Numbered from the stretch's first letter, positions 16,767 through 26,503 are shown. The stretch is 64,000 nucleotides of DNA from an uncultured virus (IMG/VR IMGVR_UViG_3300027969_000094) (IMGVR_UViG_3300027969_000094); one strand, 5' to 3'. Notes: generated by a model not told the origin, from the sequence alone. Program-made: numbers and translations.

Positions 16767-17072
16767 ATGAAAAAACTAATAGTAGTATCAGCTATGTTTT
16801 TAGGAGCTTGTGCAAGCAAGCCTGAGTCGGTGGTGTTTACACCTCCGTTTAACGCTCAGAATATTCCTATCACTAATACAACTAACATCCCAGCCGTAGC
16901 TTATGTATATGAGACAGAGGTTACAGCAATGGGTAGGACTCAAGTGGTAGAGGCTACCCGTATGTGCGAAGACTCAGGGTTAAGAGCGTCGCCAACTTTT
17001 GCTCGCCGTAGAATTACAGGTCAGACTTCTGAAGTAGTAGTAGATATACAATGCTTACCAAAATACAAATAA
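16767..17072 (+). CDS. Putative lipoprotein
   Basis: MKKLIVVSAMF-LGAC lipobox; AAGGAG RBS. Confidence 0.7.
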   Translation: MKKLIVVSAMFLGACASKPESVVFTPPFNAQNIPITNTTNIPAVAYVYETEVTAMGRTQVVEATRMCEDSGLRASPTFARRRITGQTSEVVVDIQCLPKYK

Positions 17073-17082
17073 AGGAAATTAA

Positions 17083-17853
17083 ATGTTAGAACTAAATGCA
17101 GAGCAAACACCAAAGCCAGCTAAGTTATTTATAGCTACTCCGATGTATGGCGGTATGTGCGTAGGTGGATACACCATGGGTATTTTGAATACTGTACAAA
17201 CTTTTATGAAGAACAAAATTCAAATGTACTACTCATACATGATGAACGAGTCTCTGATTACCCGTGCTCGTAATGGTATGGCTTATGACTTTTTGGCATC
17301 AGACGCTACTCACCTAATGTTTATTGATGCTGACATTAGTTTTGACCCCGAAGATATTGTGCGCATGATTAACGCAGACAAGGACATCATCTGCGGTCTA
17401 TATCCAAAGAAAGAAATTAATTGGCAGTTAATATCCGATGCGGTTAAAAAAGGTGTTGACTATAAGGACTTGCCTAACTACACAGGCTCTTTTGTGGTTA
17501 ACCTAGTAGGTGGTGCGCTAGAGTCCACAGGGAATATTAACGAGCCAATGGAGATTGACAATGGCGGTACAGGCTATATGTTAATTAAGCGCAACGTCTT
17601 TGATGTTTTAAAACCTTTAGTGCCAACCTATACCAACGACATGATTCTGATTGTTGATAAGAACCCGCAGAAGAAAATTATTAGCGAGTTTTTTGACACC
17701 AGCATTGATGAAGATACAAACCGACTGCTATCTGAGGATTACCATTTTTGCAAGATCGCTCGTAAAGCTGGCTTTAAAGTATATGCCGCACCTTGGGCAA
17801 AGCTAACTCATAGCGGTACTTATAACTTTAGCGGTACTTTACCAAGGAGTTAA
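17083..17853 (+). CDS. GT-A fold glycosyltransferase
   Basis: IATPMYGG, ESLITRARN, FIDAD (DxD), LSEDYHFC. Confidence 0.8.
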   Translation: MLELNAEQTPKPAKLFIATPMYGGMCVGGYTMGILNTVQTFMKNKIQMYYSYMMNESLITRARNGMAYDFLASDATHLMFIDADISFDPEDIVRMINADKDIICGLYPKKEINWQLISDAVKKGVDYKDLPNYTGSFVVNLVGGALESTGNINEPMEIDNGGTGYMLIKRNVFDVLKPLVPTYTNDMILIVDKNPQKKIISEFFDTSIDEDTNRLLSEDYHFCKIARKAGFKVYAAPWAKLTHSGTYNFSGTLPRS

Positions 17854-17854
17854 G

Positions 17855-18589
17855 ATGATTCCAAATTGCCAACTAATCACCTCAATGGATGCGCAATTCC
17901 TTGTATTTAAAGGGAACGACCTAGTATCTAATGCTTTGCGTAATGGTGGATATGAGCTTGACCTTCATGCTATGTCGGATAGGATACTAAGCCAACATAC
18001 AGGGTACGGCAAAGTTTTAGACATTGGGGCTAACTTGGGTAGCTACTGCATCCCATTAGCAAAGAAGCACCCGCATATTAAGTTTGAAGCGTTTGAACCC
18101 CAGCGTATCGTTAATTACCAGCTATGTGCAAACATAATTATTAACGGTTTAGAAAATGTTAATAGCTACGAAGTTGGCTTGTCCGACAAAGAAGAAGTGA
18201 TTGAACTTGTAATGCCTGACTATACAGTCGAAGGTAATATCGGTGCATTTAGTATTGACAAAGAAGTTCGTGATAACGAGTATGAGTGTAGTTCTAAAGG
18301 AGCAACCGATGAACTTCAGTTAACAACCCTCGATGGTTTAGGCTATGAGAACATTAAGCTACTTAAGATTGACGTAGAGGGTCATGAGTTAGAAGTATTA
18401 AAAGGCGGTATCGAAACAATCAAGCGTAATAACTATCCACCAATCATCTTTGAAGCATGGACATGGAAGCCTTGGTATCAGGAGAAGCGAACTGCTTTGT
18501 TTGATTATTTAAAAGGTCATGGGTATAACATCATAGAAATAGGCGAAAATAACATTGCCCGACACCCTGACCATGAGGAAACAAAATGA
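17855..18589 (+). CDS. FkbM-family SAM-dependent methyltransferase
   Basis: LDIGANLG, AFEP, KIDVEGHE motifs. Confidence 0.9.
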   Translation: MIPNCQLITSMDAQFLVFKGNDLVSNALRNGGYELDLHAMSDRILSQHTGYGKVLDIGANLGSYCIPLAKKHPHIKFEAFEPQRIVNYQLCANIIINGLENVNSYEVGLSDKEEVIELVMPDYTVEGNIGAFSIDKEVRDNEYECSSKGATDELQLTTLDGLGYENIKLLKIDVEGHELEVLKGGIETIKRNNYPPIIFEAWTWKPWYQEKRTALFDYLKGHGYNIIEIGENNIARHPDHEETK

Positions 18590-18819
18590 CAACTTTTACG
18601 ACTGAAGACCGTGTCAATGCTACTGTTGACCTAGAGCCTTTAGAACCCATACCGTTTGCTGGTATGGTGGATATAAATAAACCCAACATGAGCAGGCAAA
18701 ACATTGCCGATGAACTTGGTGTAAGTCGTCAAACCGTTGCATACATTGAAGAAAAAGCATTAAATAAAATTCGTGCCGAACTATTTAAACGTGGCGTTAA
18801 TAAGGAGGACTTATTGTGA
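18586..18819 (+). CDS. Small HTH protein resembling sigma70 region 4
   Basis: MSRQNIADELGVSRQTVAYIEEKALNKIR. Confidence 0.7.
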   Translation: MTTFTTEDRVNATVDLEPLEPIPFAGMVDINKPNMSRQNIADELGVSRQTVAYIEEKALNKIRAELFKRGVNKEDLL

Positions 18820-18950
18820 GCCTTGAAGAACTTAAAAAAGAACTAAGCAAGTTCTATCAATGGATAGATTCATTAGCCAAAGAAGAAGTTACTCCAGAAG
18901 AGGAAGAAGAGTGGCGCCGTTTGGAAAAACAGAGTAATATGTCAAAATGA
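18816..18950 (+). CDS. Small hypothetical protein (44 aa)
   Basis: GGAGG RBS, GTGA/ATGA overlaps; not in ORF track. Confidence 0.5.
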   Translation: MSLEELKKELSKFYQWIDSLAKEEVTPEEEEEWRRLEKQSNMSK

Positions 18951-19603
18951 ACTTTACTTGGTCATTCTCCGCTCTTAAAGAATACGTTAACTGCCCTAAG
19001 CAATATCAGGAGTTAAAGGTATTAAAACGCTACGAAAAAAAAGCCACGGAGCAAATGCTCTATGGAACTGTTGTACACAAAGCTTGTGAAGACTACGTAG
19101 CTGAGGGTAAACCCTTAGAGAAAAACTACCAACGCTTTAAGCCTGTGCTTGACTCTTTAGTAGCAATCCCTGGAACTAAGTATCCTGAGTATGAAATGGC
19201 ACTCACACCTGACAAGCAACCGTGCGCGTTCCGTGATGACGGCAGATGGGTACGGGGTATTGTGGACTTGCTTATTGTGGACGGCGACTACGCATTTATT
19301 GTTGACTACAAGACTGGCTCTAACCGTTACCCTGACCCAAAACAGTTAAAGCTAATGGCACTAATGACCTTTGCTCACTTCCCCGAAGTCAACAAGATTA
19401 AAGCTGGGCTATTGTTTGTAATGCATGAGAGTTTCATGGATGAAGAATACACACGAGATCAGATACCAAAACTATGGAGTTATTTTGAATCTGACCTTGA
19501 AAGGTTGAACTATTCGTACGAAAATGATACATGGCAAGCTAACCCTACCCCCCTATGCGGGTGGTGTCCTGTTAAGTCTTGCGAATTTCATAAGGAAAGA
19601 TAA
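18947..19603 (+). CDS. PD-(D/E)xK exonuclease (RecB/Cas4-like)
   Basis: CPK...GTVVH...GIVD...VDYKTG...QL; C-terminal CGWCP...C. Confidence 0.85.
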   Translation: MNFTWSFSALKEYVNCPKQYQELKVLKRYEKKATEQMLYGTVVHKACEDYVAEGKPLEKNYQRFKPVLDSLVAIPGTKYPEYEMALTPDKQPCAFRDDGRWVRGIVDLLIVDGDYAFIVDYKTGSNRYPDPKQLKLMALMTFAHFPEVNKIKAGLLFVMHESFMDEEYTRDQIPKLWSYFESDLERLNYSYENDTWQANPTPLCGWCPVKSCEFHKER

Positions 19604-19917
19604 TGCCCTACGTAACTAAACCAAGACCGTATGCAAAAGAATATCAACAAGAGAAAGAACGTGGAGAACATCCCCGTCGTATGGAGCGTCAAAGAGCGAG
19701 GCGGGCGTTGGATAAAAAATTACCTGACGGAAACGGAAACGGTAAAGCCGATGCAAGAGAAGGCAAAGACGTTGCCCACAGAAAAGCTTTAGATAAAGGC
19801 GGTTCAAATAAAAACGGTACTTACATTACTACTGTTGCTAAGAACCGTAGCTTTAAACGTGACTCGCAAGGTAATCTAGTATCAGAAACAAGTAAGAAAG
19901 AACGTAAAAAGAAATAG
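19603..19917 (+). CDS. HNH-like endonuclease
   Basis: KDVAH..AL.KGGSN...NR. Confidence 0.65.
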   Translation: MPYVTKPRPYAKEYQQEKERGEHPRRMERQRARRALDKKLPDGNGNGKADAREGKDVAHRKALDKGGSNKNGTYITTVAKNRSFKRDSQGNLVSETSKKERKKK

Positions 19918-20099
19918 GTAGTGGGGTGTTCCGCTGTAAGGCATGAGTGGGCGGTAGGGTTATTTGTTCCCCTTACAACCATGTCAGCAGGGCGGTGTTT
20001 GTGAAGGCTAGCTGATAACACTAGCGCTTCTCCTTGGCATTTGGCTCTGCCGACTAGCCCCCGTAAGGGGCGCCGTTAAAATTTAGTTAAAGGACAGTC

Positions 20100-21668
20100 G
20101 TGGAAATAGTAGAAAACCAAGTAGTTAAATTCAGTATTGCTTCAGATAAAGTTAATTTAATAACAAACTATCTAGAAAAAAGCGAAGTCTTAGAAGACGA
20201 CGGCAAGACTGCAGACATGGTGGTCTACTGGGGTATCAAAGAGATGCAGCATTTAGTAAGAATCTATGGTGAAAAAGTTCCTTCACCGATACAAAAGGAT
20301 TACAAGTGGCCTGGGATGTACACTCCCTTCAAACACCAAGAAACTACGGCTGCGTTTCTATCACTACAAGACAGGGCTTTCTGCTTCAATGAAGCAGGTA
20401 CGGGCAAGACTTCCTCAGTAATTTGGGCTGCCGACTATTTGATGACTCAAGGCTTGATAAAGCGCGTTTTAATCATTTGCCCGTTATCTATTATGTACTC
20501 CGCTTGGCAAGCTGACATCTTTAAAACCGCTATGCACCGCAGCGTTGCCGTAGCCTACGGCGATGCCAATAAACGCAAGAAAGTTATCAACGGAGTCTAT
20601 GAGTTTGTCATCATAAATTACGACGGGGTAGGAATTGTTGCTGAAGATATAAGTAAATTAGGGTTTGACCTAATTGTAATAGATGAAGCTAACGCTTATA
20701 AAACAGCTACGACCAAAAGATTTAAAACAATGGCAAAAATACTGAAACCTTCTACAAAACTTTGGATGCTTACTGGCACACCAGCTTCTCAGTCCCCGCT
20801 TGATGCGTTTGGACTGGCTAAACTTGTAAACCCAAATGGTGTACCTAAATACTTCACTGCGTGGCGGGATAAGGTAATGCACCAAATAACACGGTTTAAG
20901 TACGTACCAAAACCTACCTCACGGCAAGATGTTTACAACGCTTTGCAACCAGCTATTCGGTTTGAGAAAGCTCAGTGTTTGGATTTACCGCCTGTAATGT
21001 ACCAGACCCGTGAAATACCACTTACCCCACAAGTTAACCGTTATTACAAAGCTATCAAAGATCAGATGCTTATTGAAGCGGCAGGGGAAAAGATTAGTGC
21101 AGTCAATGCGGCGGCAAAGTTAACAAAGTTGCTACAAATTTCGGGTGGGGCAGTCTATACAGATACCCGTGAAGTAGTGGAGTTTGATGTGTCTCCACGA
21201 CTAAATGCCCTGATGGAGGTGTTAGATGAGACGGAACATAAAGTCATTGTGTTTGTTCCCTATCGTCACACCATTGAGTTAGTTTCTAAACATTTACAAG
21301 GAGAAGGTGTCACTAATGAAATTATTAGCGGAGACGTAGGAGCAAAAGAGCGAGGCGATTTAATTAATCGTTTCCAAACCTCAGAATTTCCACGAGTCCT
21401 TATTATTCAACCTCAAGCTGCATCGCATGGTGTGACTCTTACTGCCGCCAATACAGTAGTATTTTGGTCTCCAGTCATGAGTGTGGAAACATACTTGCAA
21501 TGCATAGCTCGTATTGACCGTTATGGTCAGCAAAACAAAATGACCGTTGTGCATCTACAAGGTTCAGAAGTAGAACGCAAGATGTATGAGATGTTACAAG
21601 GGAAAGTTACTAGCCACGAGAAGCTGGTTGATCTGTACAAAGAAGAGTTAGGAATAAAAGATGAGTGA
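20100..21668 (+). CDS. SNF2-family (SF2) helicase
   Basis: GTGKT, IDEA, LTGTP, GVTLTAA, RIDRYGQ. Confidence 0.9.
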   Translation: MEIVENQVVKFSIASDKVNLITNYLEKSEVLEDDGKTADMVVYWGIKEMQHLVRIYGEKVPSPIQKDYKWPGMYTPFKHQETTAAFLSLQDRAFCFNEAGTGKTSSVIWAADYLMTQGLIKRVLIICPLSIMYSAWQADIFKTAMHRSVAVAYGDANKRKKVINGVYEFVIINYDGVGIVAEDISKLGFDLIVIDEANAYKTATTKRFKTMAKILKPSTKLWMLTGTPASQSPLDAFGLAKLVNPNGVPKYFTAWRDKVMHQITRFKYVPKPTSRQDVYNALQPAIRFEKAQCLDLPPVMYQTREIPLTPQVNRYYKAIKDQMLIEAAGEKISAVNAAAKLTKLLQISGGAVYTDTREVVEFDVSPRLNALMEVLDETEHKVIVFVPYRHTIELVSKHLQGEGVTNEIISGDVGAKERGDLINRFQTSEFPRVLIIQPQAASHGVTLTAANTVVFWSPVMSVETYLQCIARIDRYGQQNKMTVVHLQGSEVERKMYEMLQGKVTSHEKLVDLYKEELGIKDE

Positions 21669-22065
21669 AAATAATTTAGATGAATTAGTAAAAACTTACT
21701 TGACAATTAGAAATGAACGTGAAAGAATTGCTGGTGAGTGGAAGGTGCAAGATAAAGCTTTTGAAAACGACTTGGCAGTTCTTGGTCAACAGATGCTAGC
21801 AATCTGCAACGAAACAAATGCAACAAGTATTAAGACTGCTCAAGGTAGAGTGGTTAAGAAATTAAATGAACGCTATACCGTATCTGATGGAGATAGCTTT
21901 CGTAAGTTTGTTATGGAGAATGAAATGCCCGAATTATTTGAGACAAGGATTCACCAAACAAACTTTAAGGAATTCATGGCTGAGAATGCAGGTGACGGTC
22001 TGCCACCTGGAGTGAATGTAATGAGGGAGTTTACAGCCGTTGTATATAAACCAACCTCAGAATAG
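21661..22065 (+). CDS. Conserved hypothetical protein of the replication module
   Basis: Coiled-coil N-terminus, LPPGVN C-terminal motif, context. Confidence 0.7.
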   Translation: MSENNLDELVKTYLTIRNERERIAGEWKVQDKAFENDLAVLGQQMLAICNETNATSIKTAQGRVVKKLNERYTVSDGDSFRKFVMENEMPELFETRIHQTNFKEFMAENAGDGLPPGVNVMREFTAVVYKPTSE

Positions 22066-22093
22066 TTAAATTTAGTTAAATAAGGAGTTTTAA

Positions 22094-22957
22094 ATGAGTA
22101 CAGATTTAGTGAACTTAAGCGCTATCGGCGCATTGGCAACAGTAGGTGGTTTAGATGAAGACACACTGGCGGTAGCTGGTGGTGGTGGTCGTCAAGGTAC
22201 TAAGCGTCTATCTATTAAAGGTAGCGTGTTCCGTAAGTATGCGGGCGGTAAAGAGATCGGTGCTATTGAAGACCGTTTTATGAACGTAATCATCGTTAAG
22301 ATGGCGCACAAAGCTTCTCGTACATACTACGACAAAGGCTACAGAGAAGGCGAAAAGGTTAGCCCAGCTTGCTGGTCATCTGACTCAGAGACTCCTGATC
22401 CTGAAGTAAAAAATGCACCGTCTTCTAGTTGCAACTCTTGCCCTAACAGCGTAAAGGGTTCTGGTGATAATGGTATGGGCGCAAAGTGTAAGCTGTCATG
22501 GCGCACTGCGGTAGTTCTGCCTAATGATCCAGGTGGTGATGTAATGCAGTTTGTTCTTCCAGCTACGTCAGCTTTCGGTAAAGAAGATAATGGTCGTTGG
22601 CCTTTCCGTCCGTACATCCAGCACCTAGCGTCACACAATGTGTCAGCGGGCCGCGTGGTTACTAAGATAGCCTTCGATACAAAATCTCCTACACCAAAGG
22701 TTTTGTTTGCTCCAGTCGGTGCTGTACCTGATGCTGACCTAGAAATCATTGCCCGCCAAGCCAAAAGCCCAGCGGCAGAAGCAGCTATCAAGTTAAGCGT
22801 GTTCCAAGTTGATAGCACAGGTGATACAGAGGTTGCAGTAGCGTCAGTGTCAGCCGAAGTAGAAGTAGAAGAGCCTAAGAAGCGGGAATCAAAAGCCGCT
22901 GCTGGTGAAAAAGCGTCCGATGTATCGGATATTGTTAAAAAATGGTCTAAGAAGTAA
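22094..22957 (+). CDS. Putative ssDNA-binding/annealing protein
   Basis: CWS...C..CP...C Cys cluster, acidic flexible tail, position in replication module; function inferred. Confidence 0.5.
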   Translation: MSTDLVNLSAIGALATVGGLDEDTLAVAGGGGRQGTKRLSIKGSVFRKYAGGKEIGAIEDRFMNVIIVKMAHKASRTYYDKGYREGEKVSPACWSSDSETPDPEVKNAPSSSCNSCPNSVKGSGDNGMGAKCKLSWRTAVVLPNDPGGDVMQFVLPATSAFGKEDNGRWPFRPYIQHLASHNVSAGRVVTKIAFDTKSPTPKVLFAPVGAVPDADLEIIARQAKSPAAEAAIKLSVFQVDSTGDTEVAVASVSAEVEVEEPKKRESKAAAGEKASDVSDIVKKWSKK

Positions 22958-22966
22958 GGATAAGGA

Positions 22967-23278
22967 ATGTCACGGACATACAGTCAAGAACTAATCAACA
23001 CGGTTAGTACGTTAAACCCCAACTACCCAGGGGTTGCGTTAGCAAAAGCATGCATACAAGCGAATCTACCCTCCAAGTATGTAGCTGTAGCACTAAACGT
23101 AACTAGGATGACGCTCTATAGCTGGTTCCGTGGCAAGCCTATTCGCTTTAAGAATCAACAACTTGTCGAAGTGTTTACAGACTTAGTGGAAAGTGATACG
23201 GCTAAAGGGTTACTACCAGCTAAAACTACTAGCCATGCTAAGGCATACTTAGAGGACATGATCGGACAAAAGATTTAA
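22967..23278 (+). CDS. Cro/XRE-like HTH protein
   Basis: VAVALNVTRMTLYSWFRG. Confidence 0.7.
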   Translation: MSRTYSQELINTVSTLNPNYPGVALAKACIQANLPSKYVAVALNVTRMTLYSWFRGKPIRFKNQQLVEVFTDLVESDTAKGLLPAKTTSHAKAYLEDMIGQKI

Positions 23279-23373
23279 ACAACGGGGGAAAACGAGTATT
23301 GCGTCGGCTCGGCGACGTTAAATAGCCTGTACCTTTCATATAAAACACACGTTAGTACCCCACCCAATAACCT

Positions 23374-23396
23374 AGCCGAGGATTTCTCGGCTTTTT
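23374..23396 (+). terminator. Terminator-like hairpin just upstream of primase
   Basis: agccgag-gattt-ctcggct followed by TTTT. Confidence 0.6.
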
Positions 23397-23409
23397 AGAC
23401 TCTGCGCAT

Positions 23410-26319
23410 ATGTTAAAACAATTTTATGAGAAAGCATTGCCATCGCAGGGTGTTTATTGTGTAAGCGGTATAGAGCAAGCAACGAAGAAAACAACTAACC
23501 GCTTTGCTGAAACACTTGATGATGTATTTAAATTAGTAGACAAACTTAAAGGACAGAAGTTAAACGTATTTGTAGCACTAGGTAGCTTTGACGGGTTCAG
23601 TAGAAAAGCTGACAACTGCCTGTTCTTCCGTTCATTGTTTGTTGACCTTGACGTTGGAGAGGGTAAAGCATATGCCGACAAGGGCGAGGCGCATACAGCC
23701 TTATGGAAATTCATTGGTGAAACAGGTTTGCCAGATCCTGTTTGTATTGATTCTGGTGGTGGCTTGCATGCCTATTGGATTATGGATAGGGATATACCTA
23801 TTAGTGAGTATCTGCCTTACGCGCATCAATTCAAAGCTTTCGTACTGGATAAAATCTCGGCAGACCCGTCGGTAATGGCAGATGCGGCGCGCATTATGCG
23901 TTGCCCAGAAACATTTAATCAAAAGTTTGACCCACCAGAACCTACGTCAGTTATTGGCGATGAGATTTATGTCTATGACTGGGACGAGTTTAAAAAGTTT
24001 TTTGACGGACAAGTAGAGTCCAAGCCTAACGACGTGCTAGCAAACGTTAAGAAGGGGCTAGACGAAGACACAATGGCTATGAAGAAGCTTGATAACTTTG
24101 AGTGGGACTTCAACAAGATAGCTGTGCGTTCTTTAGAGGGGAGCGGTTGTGCGCAGGTCAAATACTGGCTAGAGAATGAAACTACGCTAGGCTACGACGA
24201 CTGGTTCTCCAGCATGAACATCGCTTACTTCTGTAAAGATGGCGACCAGATGATCCATGAGGTTTCTAAAGGACACCCAGACTATACCGTCAAAGCTGTA
24301 GAAGAAAAGAAACTTGAGTTCGTTAAGCGTGGTAAGCCACAGACTTGCGACTATTTAGCCAGCCAACACCCAGACAGATGCAAAGGATGCAAACATCGTG
24401 GAAAAATCCATACCCCAATCGTTTTGGGAAAAACTCTTAGAGAAATTACCGACGAACCAATTGTCGAACCAACCACAGGAGAACCAAGCGCTGACCAAAT
24501 CAACGCCCTCCTCGGAACCCAAACCTATGAAGCGGAACCAATTCGGGAGACATCGGATACCCAAAAAATTCCAAAATTCCCAGAATTTTTAACACCATAT
24601 AGCCGTGGAGAATTAGGTGGAGTTTATTACAACCCGCCACCAAAAGTGGATAAAAAAGGTAACAGAGAGTATTTAGACCCAGTAGAAATCTTGGCGCACG
24701 TATTATATCCCGTACGTCGTTTGTTTAGCCCGTTAGATGGCGAGTGCATGACAATGCATTTGGTTTTACCTAATGATGGGTTAAAAGAGTTTTTGCTTCC
24801 AATGAAGTCAGTGTATGCGCTAGAAGAATTAAAGAAGACACTAGCGTTTCACCAAGTAATTTACACCCCTAAATGGATTAACAACATACAAGAATATCTT
24901 GTGAAATGGAGCCAGTACATGATTAATGTAGGAAAAGCGCAAATGATGCGTATGCAGTTAGGTTGGACAGCAGTAAACAATACAGAAGAATGGAAGACAA
25001 GAAGCTTTGTTATTGGCGAACGTGAGATTACGATTGATAAAGAAATAGTAGAGTCTCCCGTATCCCCGTATATCAGGGGGGTAGTAAAACACTTTAAAGC
25101 AGTAGGCACGTATGAGCGCTGGCAAGAGTCTGCAAATGAGCTTAACCGTCCAGGGTTTGAACTCCATGCCATGACATGTTTAGCTGGGTTTGGTACTACC
25201 TTGATGGCTTACATGTCTACCCCAGGCGTTGTTATATCCCTTCTTGGTAGGTCAGGTTGTGCTAAGACTGGAGCTATGTACGCTGGCATTAGCGCCTTTG
25301 GAGACCCAGATGCACTCAGCGTGTTTGAGAGTACAGACAACGGTTTGACTGGTCGCATGCTTGGCTTGAAGAACTTGATGTTTGGTGTTGACGAGATTGG
25401 TAACAAAGACCCCAAGCCTCTATCTCAGTTAGTACATAACGTCTCTAACGGTAAAGCCAAGATTCGCATGCAAGCATCGGTCAACGCTGAGCGTGTTACA
25501 GAGATGTCAGCTTCTTTGATAACCATATTAACTACCAACGAATCTGTTTACAACAAGTTTGAACTTCATAAGGGAAGCCCTGACGGAGAAGTAGCACGTT
25601 TGATTGAGTTCTTAATTGAGCAACCAAACGACCTAAAAGGGACTGACGGCGCTAAGCTAGGTGTTCATATCTTTGATGCGTTCAAACATAACTACGGTCA
25701 TGCAGGTCCTAAGTTTATTATTGCAGCGCTAGAGGCTGGTGACATTCAGATTAAGAAGCGGATTGACTACTGGATTAATAGATACTTAACTGATACAGGC
25801 GGTGACTCTGCTTATCGTTTTCACCAAAACTTTGTAGCAGCGGTGTTTACAGCTGGTGAGTTGGCTGTTGATGCTGGCATCGTTAACTATGACTTAGAGC
25901 GTATCTATGCCAAGGTAATTGCTGAGCTTAACAATATCAAGCTTAATGTTATCAAGGTTAACCATACAGACTACGCCGCAATTCTTGCTGACTTTATGTA
26001 CGAGAACATGGGTAACACGCTACGCATTAAAGACGGAAGGGTTACTGACGAGCCTCGTGGTAAGTTGGTAGCAAGGGTAGCTATGGATGAGCCAACCCGT
26101 GTATCTAAAGATGCGTTAAAAGAATACCTGCATAAGAAGAAGATTGCTCCACGAGAGTTTGAAAAGTATATGTTGGAGTCTGGCGACATGCTAGATAAGG
26201 CGGCTAAGAAACACTTGGAGACTGGATGGAAACCAACCACCACAACTAAGGCGGCTAACGTGTATCTGTTTAAAAACTCAATGGAGTTTATGGATGTTGA
26301 ATCCCACTCAGATCATTGA
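23410..26319 (+). CDS. Primase-helicase (AEP/RepB-like primase + DUF927-like domain + P-loop)
   Basis: FVDLD, SGGGLHAYW, RIMRCP, Cys cluster; degenerate Walker A GRSGCAKT and Walker B GVDE. Confidence 0.85.
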   Translation: MLKQFYEKALPSQGVYCVSGIEQATKKTTNRFAETLDDVFKLVDKLKGQKLNVFVALGSFDGFSRKADNCLFFRSLFVDLDVGEGKAYADKGEAHTALWKFIGETGLPDPVCIDSGGGLHAYWIMDRDIPISEYLPYAHQFKAFVLDKISADPSVMADAARIMRCPETFNQKFDPPEPTSVIGDEIYVYDWDEFKKFFDGQVESKPNDVLANVKKGLDEDTMAMKKLDNFEWDFNKIAVRSLEGSGCAQVKYWLENETTLGYDDWFSSMNIAYFCKDGDQMIHEVSKGHPDYTVKAVEEKKLEFVKRGKPQTCDYLASQHPDRCKGCKHRGKIHTPIVLGKTLREITDEPIVEPTTGEPSADQINALLGTQTYEAEPIRETSDTQKIPKFPEFLTPYSRGELGGVYYNPPPKVDKKGNREYLDPVEILAHVLYPVRRLFSPLDGECMTMHLVLPNDGLKEFLLPMKSVYALEELKKTLAFHQVIYTPKWINNIQEYLVKWSQYMINVGKAQMMRMQLGWTAVNNTEEWKTRSFVIGEREITIDKEIVESPVSPYIRGVVKHFKAVGTYERWQESANELNRPGFELHAMTCLAGFGTTLMAYMSTPGVVISLLGRSGCAKTGAMYAGISAFGDPDALSVFESTDNGLTGRMLGLKNLMFGVDEIGNKDPKPLSQLVHNVSNGKAKIRMQASVNAERVTEMSASLITILTTNESVYNKFELHKGSPDGEVARLIEFLIEQPNDLKGTDGAKLGVHIFDAFKHNYGHAGPKFIIAALEAGDIQIKKRIDYWINRYLTDTGGDSAYRFHQNFVAAVFTAGELAVDAGIVNYDLERIYAKVIAELNNIKLNVIKVNHTDYAAILADFMYENMGNTLRIKDGRVTDEPRGKLVARVAMDEPTRVSKDALKEYLHKKKIAPREFEKYMLESGDMLDKAAKKHLETGWKPTTTTKAANVYLFKNSMEFMDVESHSDH

Positions 26320-26503
26320 ACCAGAATGGTTGCTTCCGTTTGAGGGTATGGATGTGGGGAATAGTTTTTTTATTCCTACACTCCGCCCAGCAGAACTTAT
26401 TTACTCAATAGACTGCGGCGCTAAGCGGGCTGGTGTGCGGGTAAAGAGTTACGTGACTTCAAAAGAAGGGTTTCTAGGGGTACGTTGCTGGCGTACCGCC
26501 TAG
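26294..26503 (+). CDS. Small conserved phage protein (PF..MDVG.SFFIP...GVRCWR), probably DNA-binding
   Basis: Motif pattern; last gene of the + arm. Confidence 0.65.
   Translation: MLNPTQIIEPEWLLPFEGMDVGNSFFIPTLRPAELIYSIDCGAKRAGVRVKSYVTSKEGFLGVRCWRTA

Noticed and set aside
18947..19603. Cas4-like nuclease as part of a CRISPR system
   Set aside because: Stand-alone in the replication module, as is common in phages; no array or other cas genes
23302..23396. Pistol ribozyme (hairpin plus UUAAAUAG resembles its 5' part)
   Set aside because: The pseudoknot partner is ~50 nt away, and the following GCG and P2/P3 arrangement are not found; kept only as an unnamed structured RNA
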